Part shown: piece by piece, positions 35,610 to 46,396 of the stretch
How the letters are laid out: each line of letters opens with the position of its first letter
How positions within the stretch are numbered: the stretch's first letter is position 1
Translations under genes and position numbers: made by a program
The notes under the pieces: model-generated
The model's input: only the letters and a program-made list of their open reading frames with translations
The model's database searches: none
What the model was told of the DNA's origin: nothing
Source: Thermodesulfobacteriota bacterium
GTDB lineage: Bacteria; Desulfobacterota; Desulfuromonadia; Desulfuromonadales; Geopsychrobacteraceae
Assembly (NCBI GenBank): GCA_034717915.1
Contig: JAYEME010000162.1
Coordinates: 5,868 to 65,871 of the forward strand
Length of the DNA: 60,004 bases
Direction of reading: 5' to 3'

Positions 35610-37505
35610 TCAATCTTTCTTTTTCATAAATGTCTTAAAGAGCCCCTTTGACTGAGGTTCCTGCTCACGACGCAGATTAATCAAACGTAATTCACGCAAC
35701 GCTTCAGTGCAATCTGGATTTGCCTGTACCGCCATTTCGAACGATTTCTCCGCTTGGCGCTCTTTTCCCAACGACTGATAAACCTGAGCAAGATAGAGAT
35801 GGGTCAGATCAAAACCGGGGTTGGTTTCTCGTGATGCCAACAACACTTCCAGTGCCTGATTCTGGATATCGAGCTTTTCTGGGGCAGATTTAAACAATGC
35901 CCAGGCAAAGAAAGTCATATATTCAGACTCCCCGGGACTCAATTCAATAGCTCTTTGTAATGATTTTGCAGCGGCACCGAAACGTCGAACCTTGAGGAGA
36001 GCCCGCCCTTCTTGATAGGAGGTCTCAGCCTCAATGACCTGATTGATATCAATTGATTTTTTCGGTCCATTAACCAATTCATCAAGGTAATCTGCACAAT
36101 TATCTGAATCGCTGAGAACCGTATATGCCTGAGTAATATACTGGAACATCTCTTTGATTTTATTGCTCATTTCATTGGAAAGGCCACTCCCCAGGAAGCG
36201 ATCAGGATGATACTCCTTAGCTAGACGGTAGTAAGCTTTTCGAGCTTCTGCCGAGCCACTTTTACGATCAATGCCCAAAGTTTCAAAATAGTCAGAATTC
36301 ATGATGCGTTGATAGTCGTCGAGAATTTTCCGCCGCAGCCTTTCATCTATGATTTCAGTCCCAGCAGCCCCTGAAATATCCTCAGTTGCAAGGACATCAG
36401 GCGTTGCACTGCGTTCCAACATTTCAGAAATCATTAGAGCAGCCAATACTTTCTGAACCTCACGGCGGGCCAGCGGATGGTGCTGTAAAATATTATCCAG
36501 AGTCTTGGTCCCCAGACAACTGTTAAAGATAGCTTCACCTCGTTTATTCAGCTCGATGTCTTGAAATCGATAGAGGGGATTGGTCGCTTTCTTTAAATAA
36601 TCTTCGCTAAACGGATAGAGGAAATCATCCAGCTGTTTTGGATTCCAGTGACGGTTGATTCCCTGCATAATTAACGCAGCCGGTGTCAACTTGATCCGGG
36701 TGACGGTCTTTTTAAAATCCTTGCCGGGAACAAATTGACAGGTTCCACTTCTCCAGGCAAAGGTTGAGAGAAGTTTCTCTGTAACCTGACGAACCAATGC
36801 CGCCTGAACCTCCTGAGGGGTCATCAACCCCATTTCAATAAGCACAGTTCCTTGGAGCCTGCCTGACTTCTTGCTTCGTTCAACCGACTCATCGCAATCA
36901 ACCTGTGTAAATGCCCCCTCCTTAACCAACATTCGTCCAAGACATTCACTGAGCACATTGGATCGGGTAAAAACAGGGTAACCATCTTTAATATAAATAA
37001 TTTTTTTGGCTTTACCTCGGGTTAAATGTAACAACCCAGTCGCCTTTTCCCGGTAAAGCTGCTGCAATTGCAGGGGGATGGTATAATCGGACAGAGGCTG
37101 AACTTTGGGGGTAGCATCTTTGACAGCTTCACCTGAGGTAAAGACTCGCTCTAACAAAGACTGTAAATCTGCCCCGGTAAAGGGTTTAAGTAAAAAATCA
37201 TCAGCACCGTAATCTTCTTTTGCTGCAGCAATCTGTTCGGGGCTGTGAAAAATTGCCGTCACCATGACCACGGGCAGATCCCGGGTATCATCATGTTTAC
37301 GCAATGCCCGGCAGATATTTGGTCCAGAAATTTCCGGCATATTGAGATCGATCAAAGCCAGCTGAAAATTTTCGGTCAACAACATCCGTAAGCCAATTGC
37401 ACCACGATCGGCTATTTCAACCTGAAAGCCAGCGGCAGAAAACGCCTGCTGTAAGAAATCGCGTAAATCACGATCATCATCAATAATCAGTATTTTCTTG
37501 CTCAT
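35610..37505 (-). CDS. Receiver domain + DUF4388-like + DnaJ (HPD) + TPR protein
   Basis: ILIIDDD...LIDLNMP...KPF; YFETLG...AKEYHPDRF; C-terminal TPR helices. Confidence 0.85.
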   Translation of the reverse strand: MSKKILIIDDDRDLRDFLQQAFSAAGFQVEIADRGAIGLRMLLTENFQLALIDLNMPEISGPNICRALRKHDDTRDLPVVMVTAIFHSPEQIAAAKEDYGADDFLLKPFTGADLQSLLERVFTSGEAVKDATPKVQPLSDYTIPLQLQQLYREKATGLLHLTRGKAKKIIYIKDGYPVFTRSNVLSECLGRMLVKEGAFTQVDCDESVERSKKSGRLQGTVLIEMGLMTPQEVQAALVRQVTEKLLSTFAWRSGTCQFVPGKDFKKTVTRIKLTPAALIMQGINRHWNPKQLDDFLYPFSEDYLKKATNPLYRFQDIELNKRGEAIFNSCLGTKTLDNILQHHPLARREVQKVLAALMISEMLERSATPDVLATEDISGAAGTEIIDERLRRKILDDYQRIMNSDYFETLGIDRKSGSAEARKAYYRLAKEYHPDRFLGSGLSNEMSNKIKEMFQYITQAYTVLSDSDNCADYLDELVNGPKKSIDINQVIEAETSYQEGRALLKVRRFGAAAKSLQRAIELSPGESEYMTFFAWALFKSAPEKLDIQNQALEVLLASRETNPGFDLTHLYLAQVYQSLGKERQAEKSFEMAVQANPDCTEALRELRLINLRREQEPQSKGLFKTFMKKKD

Positions 37506-40500
37506 GGAAGGATCCCTCCAGCAAAAACCGTATCCGGTTTAAGATATTTTTCAAGAAGATCACGAATTCCTTCAGTAATCAACTGGTATTCTTTAAGAAA
37601 ATCATGTTCCGCTTGTTGCGCTGAGCCAGGATAGCCAAGACTACGGGCAATCTTTCTGAAACCCATATTGTGAGCAGAAAGCTCGTTCATCGACTGATCA
37701 TACAGAAGTCTCAGTTTATTTTCCAACCGGCGCAGGAACTTATAACCATTTATCAATAGATCGGCATCATCCTGTGGGAGAATACCATTTTCCGCCAAAG
37801 ATTGAAGTAAATTTACGGTGTTTTGTATCCGTAATGATTTAAGCCTGCCAGCATGCAGCAATTGCAGGTATTGGACAATAAATTCAACGTCGACCATCCC
37901 ACCACGACCCGTCTTGATATTGAAATAATCCTCACGTTCCTGAGCATTCTCCTGCTCCATCCGGCGGCGTAATCGGTAAATTTCCGCTTGTAAATTTTCT
38001 GGAACAGGGCGCTCAAAAGTCAGCGTGGAGATAACCTGCCGTAACTGTCCAGTAAATTCAATGGAGCCACACACCGCCCGAGCCTTTGTCATTGCCTGCC
38101 GCTCCCAAGGCTGTGCTGACTCCTGATGATAGCGCTGAAATGCGGCCAGACTGGTCACTAACGGACCCTGGTTTCCCGATGGTCTTAAGCGGGTATCAAT
38201 CTCATAAACAGTACCTTCACGTGTAGCCAGAGTGAGAACAGTAATAATCCGTTGCGCTAACTTTGCAAAATACTCATGGTTACTGATTTCCCGAAACCGT
38301 TTAGGGTTAGTGGCTGCGACCGGGAGGGTCATCCCTTCCTGTGCATAGATAAAAATAATATCCAAATCTGAGTGATAGTTCAGCTCAAGTCCACCCAATT
38401 TTCCCATCCCGATAATGGCAAAAGCCGTTTCTTCCTCTTGACCGTCCGCAGAGGTGGAGAAAGGAGCACCGAACCGAACCGCCAGCTCATGCCGAGCCAT
38501 TTTATGAGCCTGCTCCAGACACACCTCAGCAAGCCAGGAAAGCTGCGTTGCCCCCTCTCCCTGAGGCATCTGACCATGGAGATCGTTCAAAGCAATCCGC
38601 AAAAGTTCTTCATTACGAAAATGGCGTAAGCCATCCAGCTGCAATTCGTAATCTTCAGCTAAGACCATTTGTTCAGCCAGGTCTGCTTGCAACTGACGAT
38701 GATCCTTGCTAGCAATAGCATAGGAGCGAGAGACCATAATATCCAGAAGCTCTGGTCTCCGAATAAAAATCCGCGAAAGTAATTGACTGGAACCAAACAG
38801 AGATATCAACAGCTTAACAATAGCTGGGTTTTCAACCAGAAGAGAGAAAAAAGGGCTGCTTGCCCGGATACTCCGCAAAAATTTTTCCAGATTATTCAGT
38901 GCCTGATCCGGATTCGGAGAAGCAAGTAATTCTTCGATCAGCAGTGGTGCTAATTTCCCCAAACAACGCCGACCACGCCTGGTTAAGCGTTGGTTTGGGT
39001 CAGCACCACGCAACAGTAATAAACTGTCATAAGCTGCATCTGGATTAGTAAAACCGTTTTCTTCAAGAAGATCTTTGACCAGATTGATATCAGACTCCGG
39101 GTCAAAGATAAAATTTGCCTCGGGACGAGCCTCCAGCTCTTCTTCCTCTGCAGAGTAGAACAAATCTTTAAATATGTAGCTGACTTCGTCCCGATGTAAT
39201 TCCAATTCAGAGGCGAACTTTTCATAGCTGGAGAAACCGCTTCGTCGCGCAAGAATTTCAAGGTCACGCTGATTCTGTGGCAAAGAATGAGTTTGCTGCT
39301 CCTGAACAACTTGAATCCGGTGCTCAACCATTCTTAAAAATTGATAGGCCTTGCTGAGTACCTGCTGATCCTCCTGCGTAATCAATTCTTCCCCCTGCAA
39401 CAACTGTAACATTTGCAAGGAATTTCGCTGTTGTAAGTGCGGTCTGGTTCCGGCATTTACCAGTTGTTGTGTCTGAATAAAAAATTCGATCTCACGAATT
39501 CCACCCCGACCCAACTTGAGATTGTGCTCCCCTTCCTGTTTACGACTGAGGCTGGTGTTGATTTTCTGCTTCATCAGCTTGATATCCTCGATCATGCCAA
39601 AATCGAGATAACGCCGATAGATAAACGGTTTGAGCCGTTGCAGTAATTCTTCTCCTAAAGCAATATCCCCGGCCACAGGTCGAGCTTTGATTAACGCCGC
39701 TCGTTCCCAGCTCTGCCCCCATGATTCATAATAGCCCTCGGCACCGTTGATGGAAACCGTCAGATCACCATTATTACCATCGGGGCGCAGCCCGGTATCG
39801 ACCCGAAAGACAAAACCATCTTCGGTCACCTGATTTAACGCCCTGGTAATCAACTCTGCCAGCTTAACAAAATAACGATGTAAGCTGATTTTTTCATTAC
39901 GGCTTCCACCGGTCGTCTCGCCAGAAGTGGATGAATAGCAATAGATCAGATCAATATCGGATGAGAAATTTAATTCATAACCACCAAGCTTTCCCATCCC
40001 CAGAATCGTCATTGTTGCAATTTGGGCTTCTCCTGCCCCATTTTCTTGCAGAGGTTGTCCGTATTCTTCCTGTAACTGCAGACCACAGACTTCATAAGCA
40101 CGCTGTAAGCAGGCTGCTGCGAGTCCTGATAATTCCGCCATCACCTCAACAAGAGAAGCCAGGCCACAAAGATCACGACTCCCGATTCGCAAAATCTGTG
40201 TAGCTTTATAACTCCGCAAACCAGCCTTCAGCTCAAAAAAATCAGCACTGTCTGAAATTGATTCACGTAAATAATCCAACATTTCCGCTTCTCTACAGGA
40301 ATGATCAATTTCAGAGTCAATAAACAGCTGTTTAAAATATGTTTTGTTGCGGCAGAGAATTCCACCAAGAAAAGAGGAGCCGCCAAGAACCGTCAACAAC
40401 TGCTGCCGACGCATAGGATGGATCAGAGTCGTTGTTAATTGCTCAAGGGGAACGACATCAAACAACCGTTCCAGAATATTCAGAGCAGAGTCAGGATCAG

Positions 40501-40693
40501 CTGCGGTAAAAGCTTGTACCAGAATTTCGGTCAACAAATCCTTGTTCTGCAACCGCTCATCTATCAACTGCAGATTGGTTTTCGCTTTTTCCCCGTCAAG
40601 AAGAGCAAAGCTATCGAGCCAGGCGACCAGAGATTCTTCATCGGCTCCCAATAGAGCCAATTTTGCCTTTATCTCTTGCTGTTCCGGGATCAT
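37502..40693 (-). CDS. glnE: Bifunctional glutamine synthetase adenylyltransferase/adenylyl-removing enzyme
   Basis: Two nucleotidyltransferase domains (GMGKLGG.ELN.SSDID / YHSDLD; LRPDG/LRPSG; WER). Confidence 0.96.
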   Translation of the reverse strand: MIPEQQEIKAKLALLGADEESLVAWLDSFALLDGEKAKTNLQLIDERLQNKDLLTEILVQAFTAADPDSALNILERLFDVVPLEQLTTTLIHPMRRQQLLTVLGGSSFLGGILCRNKTYFKQLFIDSEIDHSCREAEMLDYLRESISDSADFFELKAGLRSYKATQILRIGSRDLCGLASLVEVMAELSGLAAACLQRAYEVCGLQLQEEYGQPLQENGAGEAQIATMTILGMGKLGGYELNFSSDIDLIYCYSSTSGETTGGSRNEKISLHRYFVKLAELITRALNQVTEDGFVFRVDTGLRPDGNNGDLTVSINGAEGYYESWGQSWERAALIKARPVAGDIALGEELLQRLKPFIYRRYLDFGMIEDIKLMKQKINTSLSRKQEGEHNLKLGRGGIREIEFFIQTQQLVNAGTRPHLQQRNSLQMLQLLQGEELITQEDQQVLSKAYQFLRMVEHRIQVVQEQQTHSLPQNQRDLEILARRSGFSSYEKFASELELHRDEVSYIFKDLFYSAEEEELEARPEANFIFDPESDINLVKDLLEENGFTNPDAAYDSLLLLRGADPNQRLTRRGRRCLGKLAPLLIEELLASPNPDQALNNLEKFLRSIRASSPFFSLLVENPAIVKLLISLFGSSQLLSRIFIRRPELLDIMVSRSYAIASKDHRQLQADLAEQMVLAEDYELQLDGLRHFRNEELLRIALNDLHGQMPQGEGATQLSWLAEVCLEQAHKMARHELAVRFGAPFSTSADGQEEETAFAIIGMGKLGGLELNYHSDLDIIFIYAQEGMTLPVAATNPKRFREISNHEYFAKLAQRIITVLTLATREGTVYEIDTRLRPSGNQGPLVTSLAAFQRYHQESAQPWERQAMTKARAVCGSIEFTGQLRQVISTLTFERPVPENLQAEIYRLRRRMEQENAQEREDYFNIKTGRGGMVDVEFIVQYLQLLHAGRLKSLRIQNTVNLLQSLAENGILPQDDADLLINGYKFLRRLENKLRLLYDQSMNELSAHNMGFRKIARSLGYPGSAQQAEHDFLKEYQLITEGIRDLLEKYLKPDTVFAGGILP

Positions 40694-40708
40694 TCAAAAC
40701 CTTTTATG

Positions 40709-41770
40709 CTACTTGCCTATTTGATTTAACCCAGTTGAATAATTCCCATCGACAATGCCATCTTCCGTAATGATTGCTGTAACGAGACGATGTGGAGTGA
40801 TGTCAAATGCTGGGTTACGAACACTGACCCCCTCTGGAGCCAATTGCAGGTCTTTGATATGAGTAATTTCCCGCCCATCCCGTTCTTCAATCGGAATTTT
40901 CGAACCATCACTCAAACTCAGATCGACAGTTGAAACTGGAGCAGCAACATAAAAGGGGATATTATGTTCTTTAGCCAAAATCGCGACGGTATAGGTTCCT
41001 ATTTTGTTCGCAACATCCCCATTTGCTGCAATCCTGTCAGCCCCGACAATAACGCAGTCGATCTCACCCAGACTCATCAGGTAACCAGCCATATTGTCAC
41101 AGATCAAAGTCACAGGGATATTATCCTTCAGTAATTCCCAAGCGGTCAGTCGTGCCCCTTGCAAAAATGGACGAGTTTCATCGGCAATTACCGATATTTT
41201 TTTACCCGCTTCCACCGCCGCTCTAATCACTCCAAGTGCCGTTCCATAGCCAGCGGTTGCCAATGCTCCAGCGTTACAGTGAGTCAGCACCCGAGCCCCA
41301 TCAGCCAACAGAGATTCACCATGTTGTCCCAGTTTTTGATTGGCCTGTTCATCTTCCTGGGTCATGGCCAAAGCTTCGAATTCAAGACCGATCTTCAGCT
41401 CAAGAACGCTGCGATCAAGGTTGGATTCGGCAAAATGTTTCATCCGCTCCAGAGCCCAGGAAAGATTGACCGCAGTGGGACGAGTTGCAACCAGAACCGC
41501 ACAAACTTTCTCGAACTCTTGATAAAATTCCCAGCTCGATTCTGTTTCAATATCCCGGGCACCAAACCAGGCTCCAATCGCAGCAGCAACACCGATTGCC
41601 GGGGCACCACGTACGACCATTGTGCTGATTGCTTCTGCAATTTCCTGATAGTTTGCATAGGTATGCCACACCTCTTCTGCGGGAAGCAGCCGCTGGTCGA
41701 GCATATGGCACTGCCCGGCAACAAAACGGATCGGTCGGATCACTTGGCTATTAATAGGACAAGTTGACAT
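40709..41770 (-). CDS. mtnA: S-methyl-5-thioribose-1-phosphate isomerase
   Basis: [52 protein letters not shown]; ATG at 41770 after GGAG. Confidence 0.96.
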   Translation of the reverse strand: MSTCPINSQVIRPIRFVAGQCHMLDQRLLPAEEVWHTYANYQEIAEAISTMVVRGAPAIGVAAAIGAWFGARDIETESSWEFYQEFEKVCAVLVATRPTAVNLSWALERMKHFAESNLDRSVLELKIGLEFEALAMTQEDEQANQKLGQHGESLLADGARVLTHCNAGALATAGYGTALGVIRAAVEAGKKISVIADETRPFLQGARLTAWELLKDNIPVTLICDNMAGYLMSLGEIDCVIVGADRIAANGDVANKIGTYTVAILAKEHNIPFYVAAPVSTVDLSLSDGSKIPIEERDGREITHIKDLQLAPEGVSVRNPAFDITPHRLVTAIITEDGIVDGNYSTGLNQIGK

Positions 41771-41802
41771 TTTCAACTCCAAATAAAATTATCCACAATT
41801 TC

Positions 41803-41867
41803 GTAGAGGCGAATCTTGTATTCACCCGGAATTGACCACCAAGGGCGAATACAAGATTCGCCCCTAC
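41803..41867. repeat. REPIN, family B
   Basis: GTAGAGGCGAATCTTGTATTCACCC ... GGGCGAATACAAGATTCGCCCCTAC. Confidence 0.85.
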
Positions 41868-41885
41868 ATACAAATCACGATGACA

Positions 41886-43322
41886 TTATTTCGACAATTT
41901 CTTTTTCAGCAACTGATTCGCCATGCCCGGGTTCGCTTTTCCCTTGCTCGCCTTCATGACTTGACCAACAAAAAATCCCATCAGCTTCTCTTTACCGGCT
42001 TGATACTCAGCAACCGGATCTGGATTTGCAGCAATCACCTCATCAACAATCGCTTCGATTGCTCCAGTATCGGTCACCTGCTTCAGACCCTTTTCTGCAA
42101 TGACTTGATCTGCTGTTTTCCCACTTTGCCAGATCTCTTCAAAAACGGTCTTGGCAATTTTTCCAGAAATCGTATTGTCATCAATCCGCAGGAGAATTCC
42201 GGCGAGCAATTCCGGTGACACCGGACAATCGACGATCTCCATATTTTTATCTTTGAGTGCCCCAAGAACTTCACCCATCACCCAGTTGGAACAGACCTTC
42301 GGCTTATCATAGTGATTGACCAATGTCTCGAAATATTCAGCCAGGGAACGTTCCGCGGCAAGAACTCCTGCATCATAGGTGGGCAGTCCCATGCTGTTTT
42401 GATAGCGCAGAATTTTGGCCTCTGGCAGTTCCGGCAAACCGTCACGAACGCGTTCGATCCAATCTTCGGAGATATCTAACGGTAACAAATCAGGATCAGG
42501 AAAATAGCGATAGTCGTGAGCTTCTTCTTTGCTGCGCATAGAACGGGAAACCCCGGCATCCGGATCAAATAAGCGGGTTTCCTGAACCACCTGCCCCCCC
42601 TCATCAATCACATCAATCTGCCGCTCCACTTCATATTCAATCGCCTGCTTGATAAAGCGAAAAGAGTTGAGATTTTTCAGTTCAGAACGGGTTCCCAGTT
42701 CTTTCTGCCCCCAGGGGCGGATCGAAACATTGGCATCACAACGAAAAGAACCTTCTTCCAGATTTCCATCGCAGATACCGAGATAAACGACAATCTGATG
42801 CAGTTGCTTGAGGTAGGCAATCGCCTCATCAGAACTACGCATATCAGGTTCAGAAACGACCTCTAACAGTGGTGTACAGGCTCTGTTCAAATCAACCGAT
42901 GAGCTAGTACCGTCATTGTGCAGCAGTTTTCCTGCATCCTCTTCCATGTGGATACGGGTAATCCCAACTCTTTTCTTACCCAGATCTTCAGTCTCAATAT
43001 CCATCCAGCCATGCTCACAAATCGGCAATTCAAATTGGGAGATTTGATAACCCTTGGGCAAATCAGGATAAAAATAGTTTTTCCGGGCAAAAATTGAGTG
43101 GGGAGCAATCTGGCAATTGGTTGCCAATCCCGCCTTGATCCCATCCTCAACCACTTCTCGATTAAGCACCGGCAGAGCACCGGGCAGACCCAGACAGACC
43201 GGGCAAGTCTGACTATTGGGAGATTGCCCAAATTCAGTTGAGCAGCCACAGAAGATTTTTGTTTTGGTGGTCAATTGAACGTGGACTTCCAAGCCGATAA
43301 CAACTTCATATCGTGAATTCAT
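41886..43322 (-). CDS. gatB: Asp-tRNA(Asn)/Glu-tRNA(Gln) amidotransferase subunit B
   Basis: [36 protein letters not shown]; true start at 43322 (the track extension runs through a REPIN). Confidence 0.97.
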   Translation of the reverse strand: MNSRYEVVIGLEVHVQLTTKTKIFCGCSTEFGQSPNSQTCPVCLGLPGALPVLNREVVEDGIKAGLATNCQIAPHSIFARKNYFYPDLPKGYQISQFELPICEHGWMDIETEDLGKKRVGITRIHMEEDAGKLLHNDGTSSSVDLNRACTPLLEVVSEPDMRSSDEAIAYLKQLHQIVVYLGICDGNLEEGSFRCDANVSIRPWGQKELGTRSELKNLNSFRFIKQAIEYEVERQIDVIDEGGQVVQETRLFDPDAGVSRSMRSKEEAHDYRYFPDPDLLPLDISEDWIERVRDGLPELPEAKILRYQNSMGLPTYDAGVLAAERSLAEYFETLVNHYDKPKVCSNWVMGEVLGALKDKNMEIVDCPVSPELLAGILLRIDDNTISGKIAKTVFEEIWQSGKTADQVIAEKGLKQVTDTGAIEAIVDEVIAANPDPVAEYQAGKEKLMGFFVGQVMKASKGKANPGMANQLLKKKLSK

Positions 43323-43349
43323 GTTTAAATCCTGTTTATTCAAATCGAT

Positions 43350-43407
43350 GTAGGGGCGCCCCCCTGTGGGTGCCCGTGATTGGGCAGGCACAGGGGCCTG
43401 CCCCTAC
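43350..43407. repeat. REPIN, family C
   Basis: GTAGGGGCGCCCCCCTGTGGGTGCCC ... GGGCAGGCACAGGGGCCTGCCCCTAC. Confidence 0.82.
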
Positions 43408-43414
43408 GAAGCAT

Positions 43415-44872
43415 CTACAATTCCGGTATTCGCTGATTCCAGTCGGTCGCTTCTTCAAACGCATAAGCAGCCTGCAGCATTTCAGCTTCAGCAAAAGGTT
43501 TTCCAATCAGTTGCAAACCGATCGGCAAACCCTCCGCACTGAAACCACAGGGGAGACTCATCGCACAGGTTCCAGCCAGATTTGTCGGAATAGTGAAGAT
43601 ATCGGACAAATACATCTGCAGAGGATCGTTAACCATTTCACCAATCTTGAATGCCGGAGTGGGTGCAACCGGGGTTAACAGCAGATCGACCTGTTCGAAA
43701 ACATCCTGAAAATCTTCTCGAATCAGAGTTCTTACTTTTTGCGCTTTCAGATAATAGGCATCATAATAACCGGAAGAGAGAGCATAGGTTCCCAACATTA
43801 TCCGGCGCTTCACTTCATCACCAAAACCGGTACTCCGGGTCTGTTGGTACATTCCGATCAAACCTTCGTCTAGATCTTGACGAAGACCGAAACGGACGCC
43901 ATCATAACGAGCCAGATTACTTGAGGCTTCCGCCATGGCAATCAGATAATAACAGGCAACCGAATAGTCGGTATGGGGAAGACTCACTTCAACAATTTCG
44001 GCACCCAACTGGCGATAGGTTTCGATGGCAGCGTTGACCGCCTTTTTGATATCAGGATCGAGCCCATCAATAAAATACTCCTTCGGCAGCCCGATCTTTT
44101 TCCCGGCAACCCCGTTTTTCAAGCTTTCCAGATAATCGGGAACCGGACAATCGACCGAGGTGGAATCGGCAGGGTCATAACCGGCAACGGCTCCAAGCAT
44201 GAACGCACAATCCTCAACATTTCCTGCCACTGGTCCAACCTGATCCAGAGACGAAGCAAATGCGACGACACCATAACGGGAAACCCGTCCATAGGTTGGT
44301 TTGAGACCGACAACCCCACAGTGCGATGCCGGTTGTCGTACCGAACCACCGGTATCGGTTCCCAGGGTCGCCACCACTTGACCCGCAGCAACTGCAGCAG
44401 CGCTCCCGCTGGAGGATCCTCCCGGAACCCGTTCGGTATCCCATGGGTTTTGAACGACTCCGGCAGCACTGTTTTCACCGGAACTTCCCATGGCAAATTC
44501 ATCCATATTCAATTTTCCGACAATAACCGCCCCCTGTTCACGCAATTTGGCAACAGCGGTTGCATCGTAGGGAGAAACATAGTTGTCGAGAATTTTCGAA
44601 GCACAGGTGGTTCGAATATCCAGAGTATTGAAGATATCCTTGACCGCGATAGGAATTCCGGTCAACAGACCTCCTGTTCCTGCAGCAAGCTGTTGATCAG
44701 CCACAGCAGCAGCGGCCAGAGCCTCCTCCTCACAAACGGTAATAAAAGCATTTAACCTGTCGTCTGTTGCCTTGACTCGTTCCAGGCAAGCCCGGGTCAA
44801 TTCAACTGAGGTCAGTTTGCCAGAAATCAATTTTTGTCGAATTTCTTGAATTGTTAAATCATGAAACTTCAT
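43415..44872 (-). CDS. gatA: Amidotransferase subunit A
   Basis: [45 protein letters not shown]. Confidence 0.97.
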   Translation of the reverse strand: MKFHDLTIQEIRQKLISGKLTSVELTRACLERVKATDDRLNAFITVCEEEALAAAAVADQQLAAGTGGLLTGIPIAVKDIFNTLDIRTTCASKILDNYVSPYDATAVAKLREQGAVIVGKLNMDEFAMGSSGENSAAGVVQNPWDTERVPGGSSSGSAAAVAAGQVVATLGTDTGGSVRQPASHCGVVGLKPTYGRVSRYGVVAFASSLDQVGPVAGNVEDCAFMLGAVAGYDPADSTSVDCPVPDYLESLKNGVAGKKIGLPKEYFIDGLDPDIKKAVNAAIETYRQLGAEIVEVSLPHTDYSVACYYLIAMAEASSNLARYDGVRFGLRQDLDEGLIGMYQQTRSTGFGDEVKRRIMLGTYALSSGYYDAYYLKAQKVRTLIREDFQDVFEQVDLLLTPVAPTPAFKIGEMVNDPLQMYLSDIFTIPTNLAGTCAMSLPCGFSAEGLPIGLQLIGKPFAEAEMLQAAYAFEEATDWNQRIPEL

Positions 44873-44987
44873 AAATACTCCAAAGCTTCCAGAAGGAAGT
44901 TTTATTGTTTATTTGCACGACCCATGAAGAGAGAGGATTTCGGGGACATTTATTTAGTCAGGCATCCCGAATGTTGCTAATTTAAGG

Positions 44988-45129
44988 ATAGATGACAGCA
45001 AAACCGGGACTGTCCCCGTATGGGGGCTGTCCCAGGATTTTGCGGTGCGAATCGCCACAGTTCCATGGCTCGTAAACTCTTGGGACAGCCCCCGGTAGGG
45101 CTGGGGACAGTCCCGAGTTTACTACAAAA
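44988..45129. repeat. Dispersed intergenic element, copy 2 (intact double-palindrome hairpin)
   Basis: GGGACTGTCCCC(45006-45017)/GGGGACAGTCCC(45103-45114) and GGGGGCTGTCCCA(45022-45034)/TGGGACAGCCCCC(45081-45093) pair perfectly. Confidence 0.85.
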
Positions 45130-45150
45130 TTCCTCAAACTAACGCCATCA

Positions 45151-45438
45151 TTACTCAATAACTTTTGGAACCTTAAAACACCCATCTGCAGCCACAGGCG
45201 CATTCTGCAATGCCCGCTCAATGCCGATAGCCGGGCTGATTTTATCCTCACGAAACGCGTTCGACATCGGTACCGCATGCGCCATTGGTTCGACTCCTTC
45301 GGTATCAAGCTGATTAAGTTTGTCGACATAGCCGATGATAGCATCCATCTGCCCGGTCAAAGTTTTCAATTCTTCCGGCGCGACAGTCAACCGGGCTAAC
45401 CGAGCCACGTGTTCAACATCTTTTTGGCTGATTTTCAT
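45151..45438 (-). CDS. gatC: Amidotransferase subunit C
   Basis: VEHVARLARL, LDTEGVEP, FRED, FKVPKVIE. Confidence 0.96.
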   Translation of the reverse strand: MKISQKDVEHVARLARLTVAPEELKTLTGQMDAIIGYVDKLNQLDTEGVEPMAHAVPMSNAFREDKISPAIGIERALQNAPVAADGCFKVPKVIE

Positions 45439-45466
45439 AATTTATCCCTAAAAATATAGTCTGCGA

Positions 45467-46339
45467 TCAGCTCTTTTCAACACTGAACTCAACAACTGCT
45501 GTTGCAACCTGATGCAGCGCTTGACTGTTGGCAGAATCAGGATGTCCAAGAATATGGGGTTTCCCATCATCGCCACCGATCACCACCAACGGTTCAAACG
45601 GAATTTGAGCTAACAATGCTACCCCAGTTTTCTTTGCCAGTTTTTCAGCACCACCACTTCTGAAAATATCAGATCTCTCACCACAGTGTGGACAGATAAA
45701 ACCGCTCATATTCTCAATGAGACCAACCACCGGTAATTTCAATTCGCGACAAAAACTGAGTGATTTTTCCACATCGGTCAGTGCAACATCCTGCGGCGTG
45801 GTGACAACGACAGCGGACGAACCAGCCCCAAGGAGCTGTACCGCACTCAAAGGCTCATCTCCGGTTCCCGGGGGACAGTCAAGCAACAGATAATCGATCT
45901 CACCCCAAACCACATCAGCTAACAACTGCTGAATTGCACCATGCTTCATCGGTCCGCGCATGATCGTTGCTTCACTGGTCGATGCCAGTAAAAAACCAAT
46001 CGACATCACCTTCAGCCCCAAAGTTTCAAGCGGGTAAATTCCTTCATCATCAGCATTCGGACGTTCCCCTTCAAGTCCCAGCATCTTTGGAATACTCGGC
46101 CCATGGATATCAATATCGAGCAAACCGACCTTTTTCCCCTGTTCCACCAGAGCCAGAGCCAGATTGACGGCTGTGGTACTTTTACCAACACCGCCCTTGC
46201 CTGACATGACAACAATTTTATTTTTGACTTCACACATCCGCTTATCCAGTTTCTGACGCATTTGAAACTGTTGATCATTTGGATTTCCCTGCTGATTGAT
46301 TGAACAGGTGCTGTCGTTACAACCCTCACAACTTGACAT
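45467..46339 (-). CDS. mrp: Mrp/NBP35 (ApbC) Fe-S cluster carrier ATPase
   Basis: SGKGGVGKST, DIHGPS, DCPPGTGD, ENMSGFICPHCG; N-terminal CxxCxxxxC. Confidence 0.93.
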   Translation of the reverse strand: MSSCEGCNDSTCSINQQGNPNDQQFQMRQKLDKRMCEVKNKIVVMSGKGGVGKSTTAVNLALALVEQGKKVGLLDIDIHGPSIPKMLGLEGERPNADDEGIYPLETLGLKVMSIGFLLASTSEATIMRGPMKHGAIQQLLADVVWGEIDYLLLDCPPGTGDEPLSAVQLLGAGSSAVVVTTPQDVALTDVEKSLSFCRELKLPVVGLIENMSGFICPHCGERSDIFRSGGAEKLAKKTGVALLAQIPFEPLVVIGGDDGKPHILGHPDSANSQALHQVATAVVEFSVEKS

Positions 46340-46396
46340 GACTTTTTACTCTCCTTCGTTTGTTGTTATATAAAGCACAGGCTGGCTACACCACCA

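Noticed and set aside
43323-43391. N-terminal extension of GatB ([14 protein letters not shown]...)
   Set aside because: Derived from the REPIN at 43350-43407; conserved GatB begins at 43322
41159-44755. Long plus-strand ORFs (41159-41767, 43973-44755) and similar ones opposite hlyB and clc
   Set aside because: Antisense shadows of well-conserved genes, with no recognisable motifs
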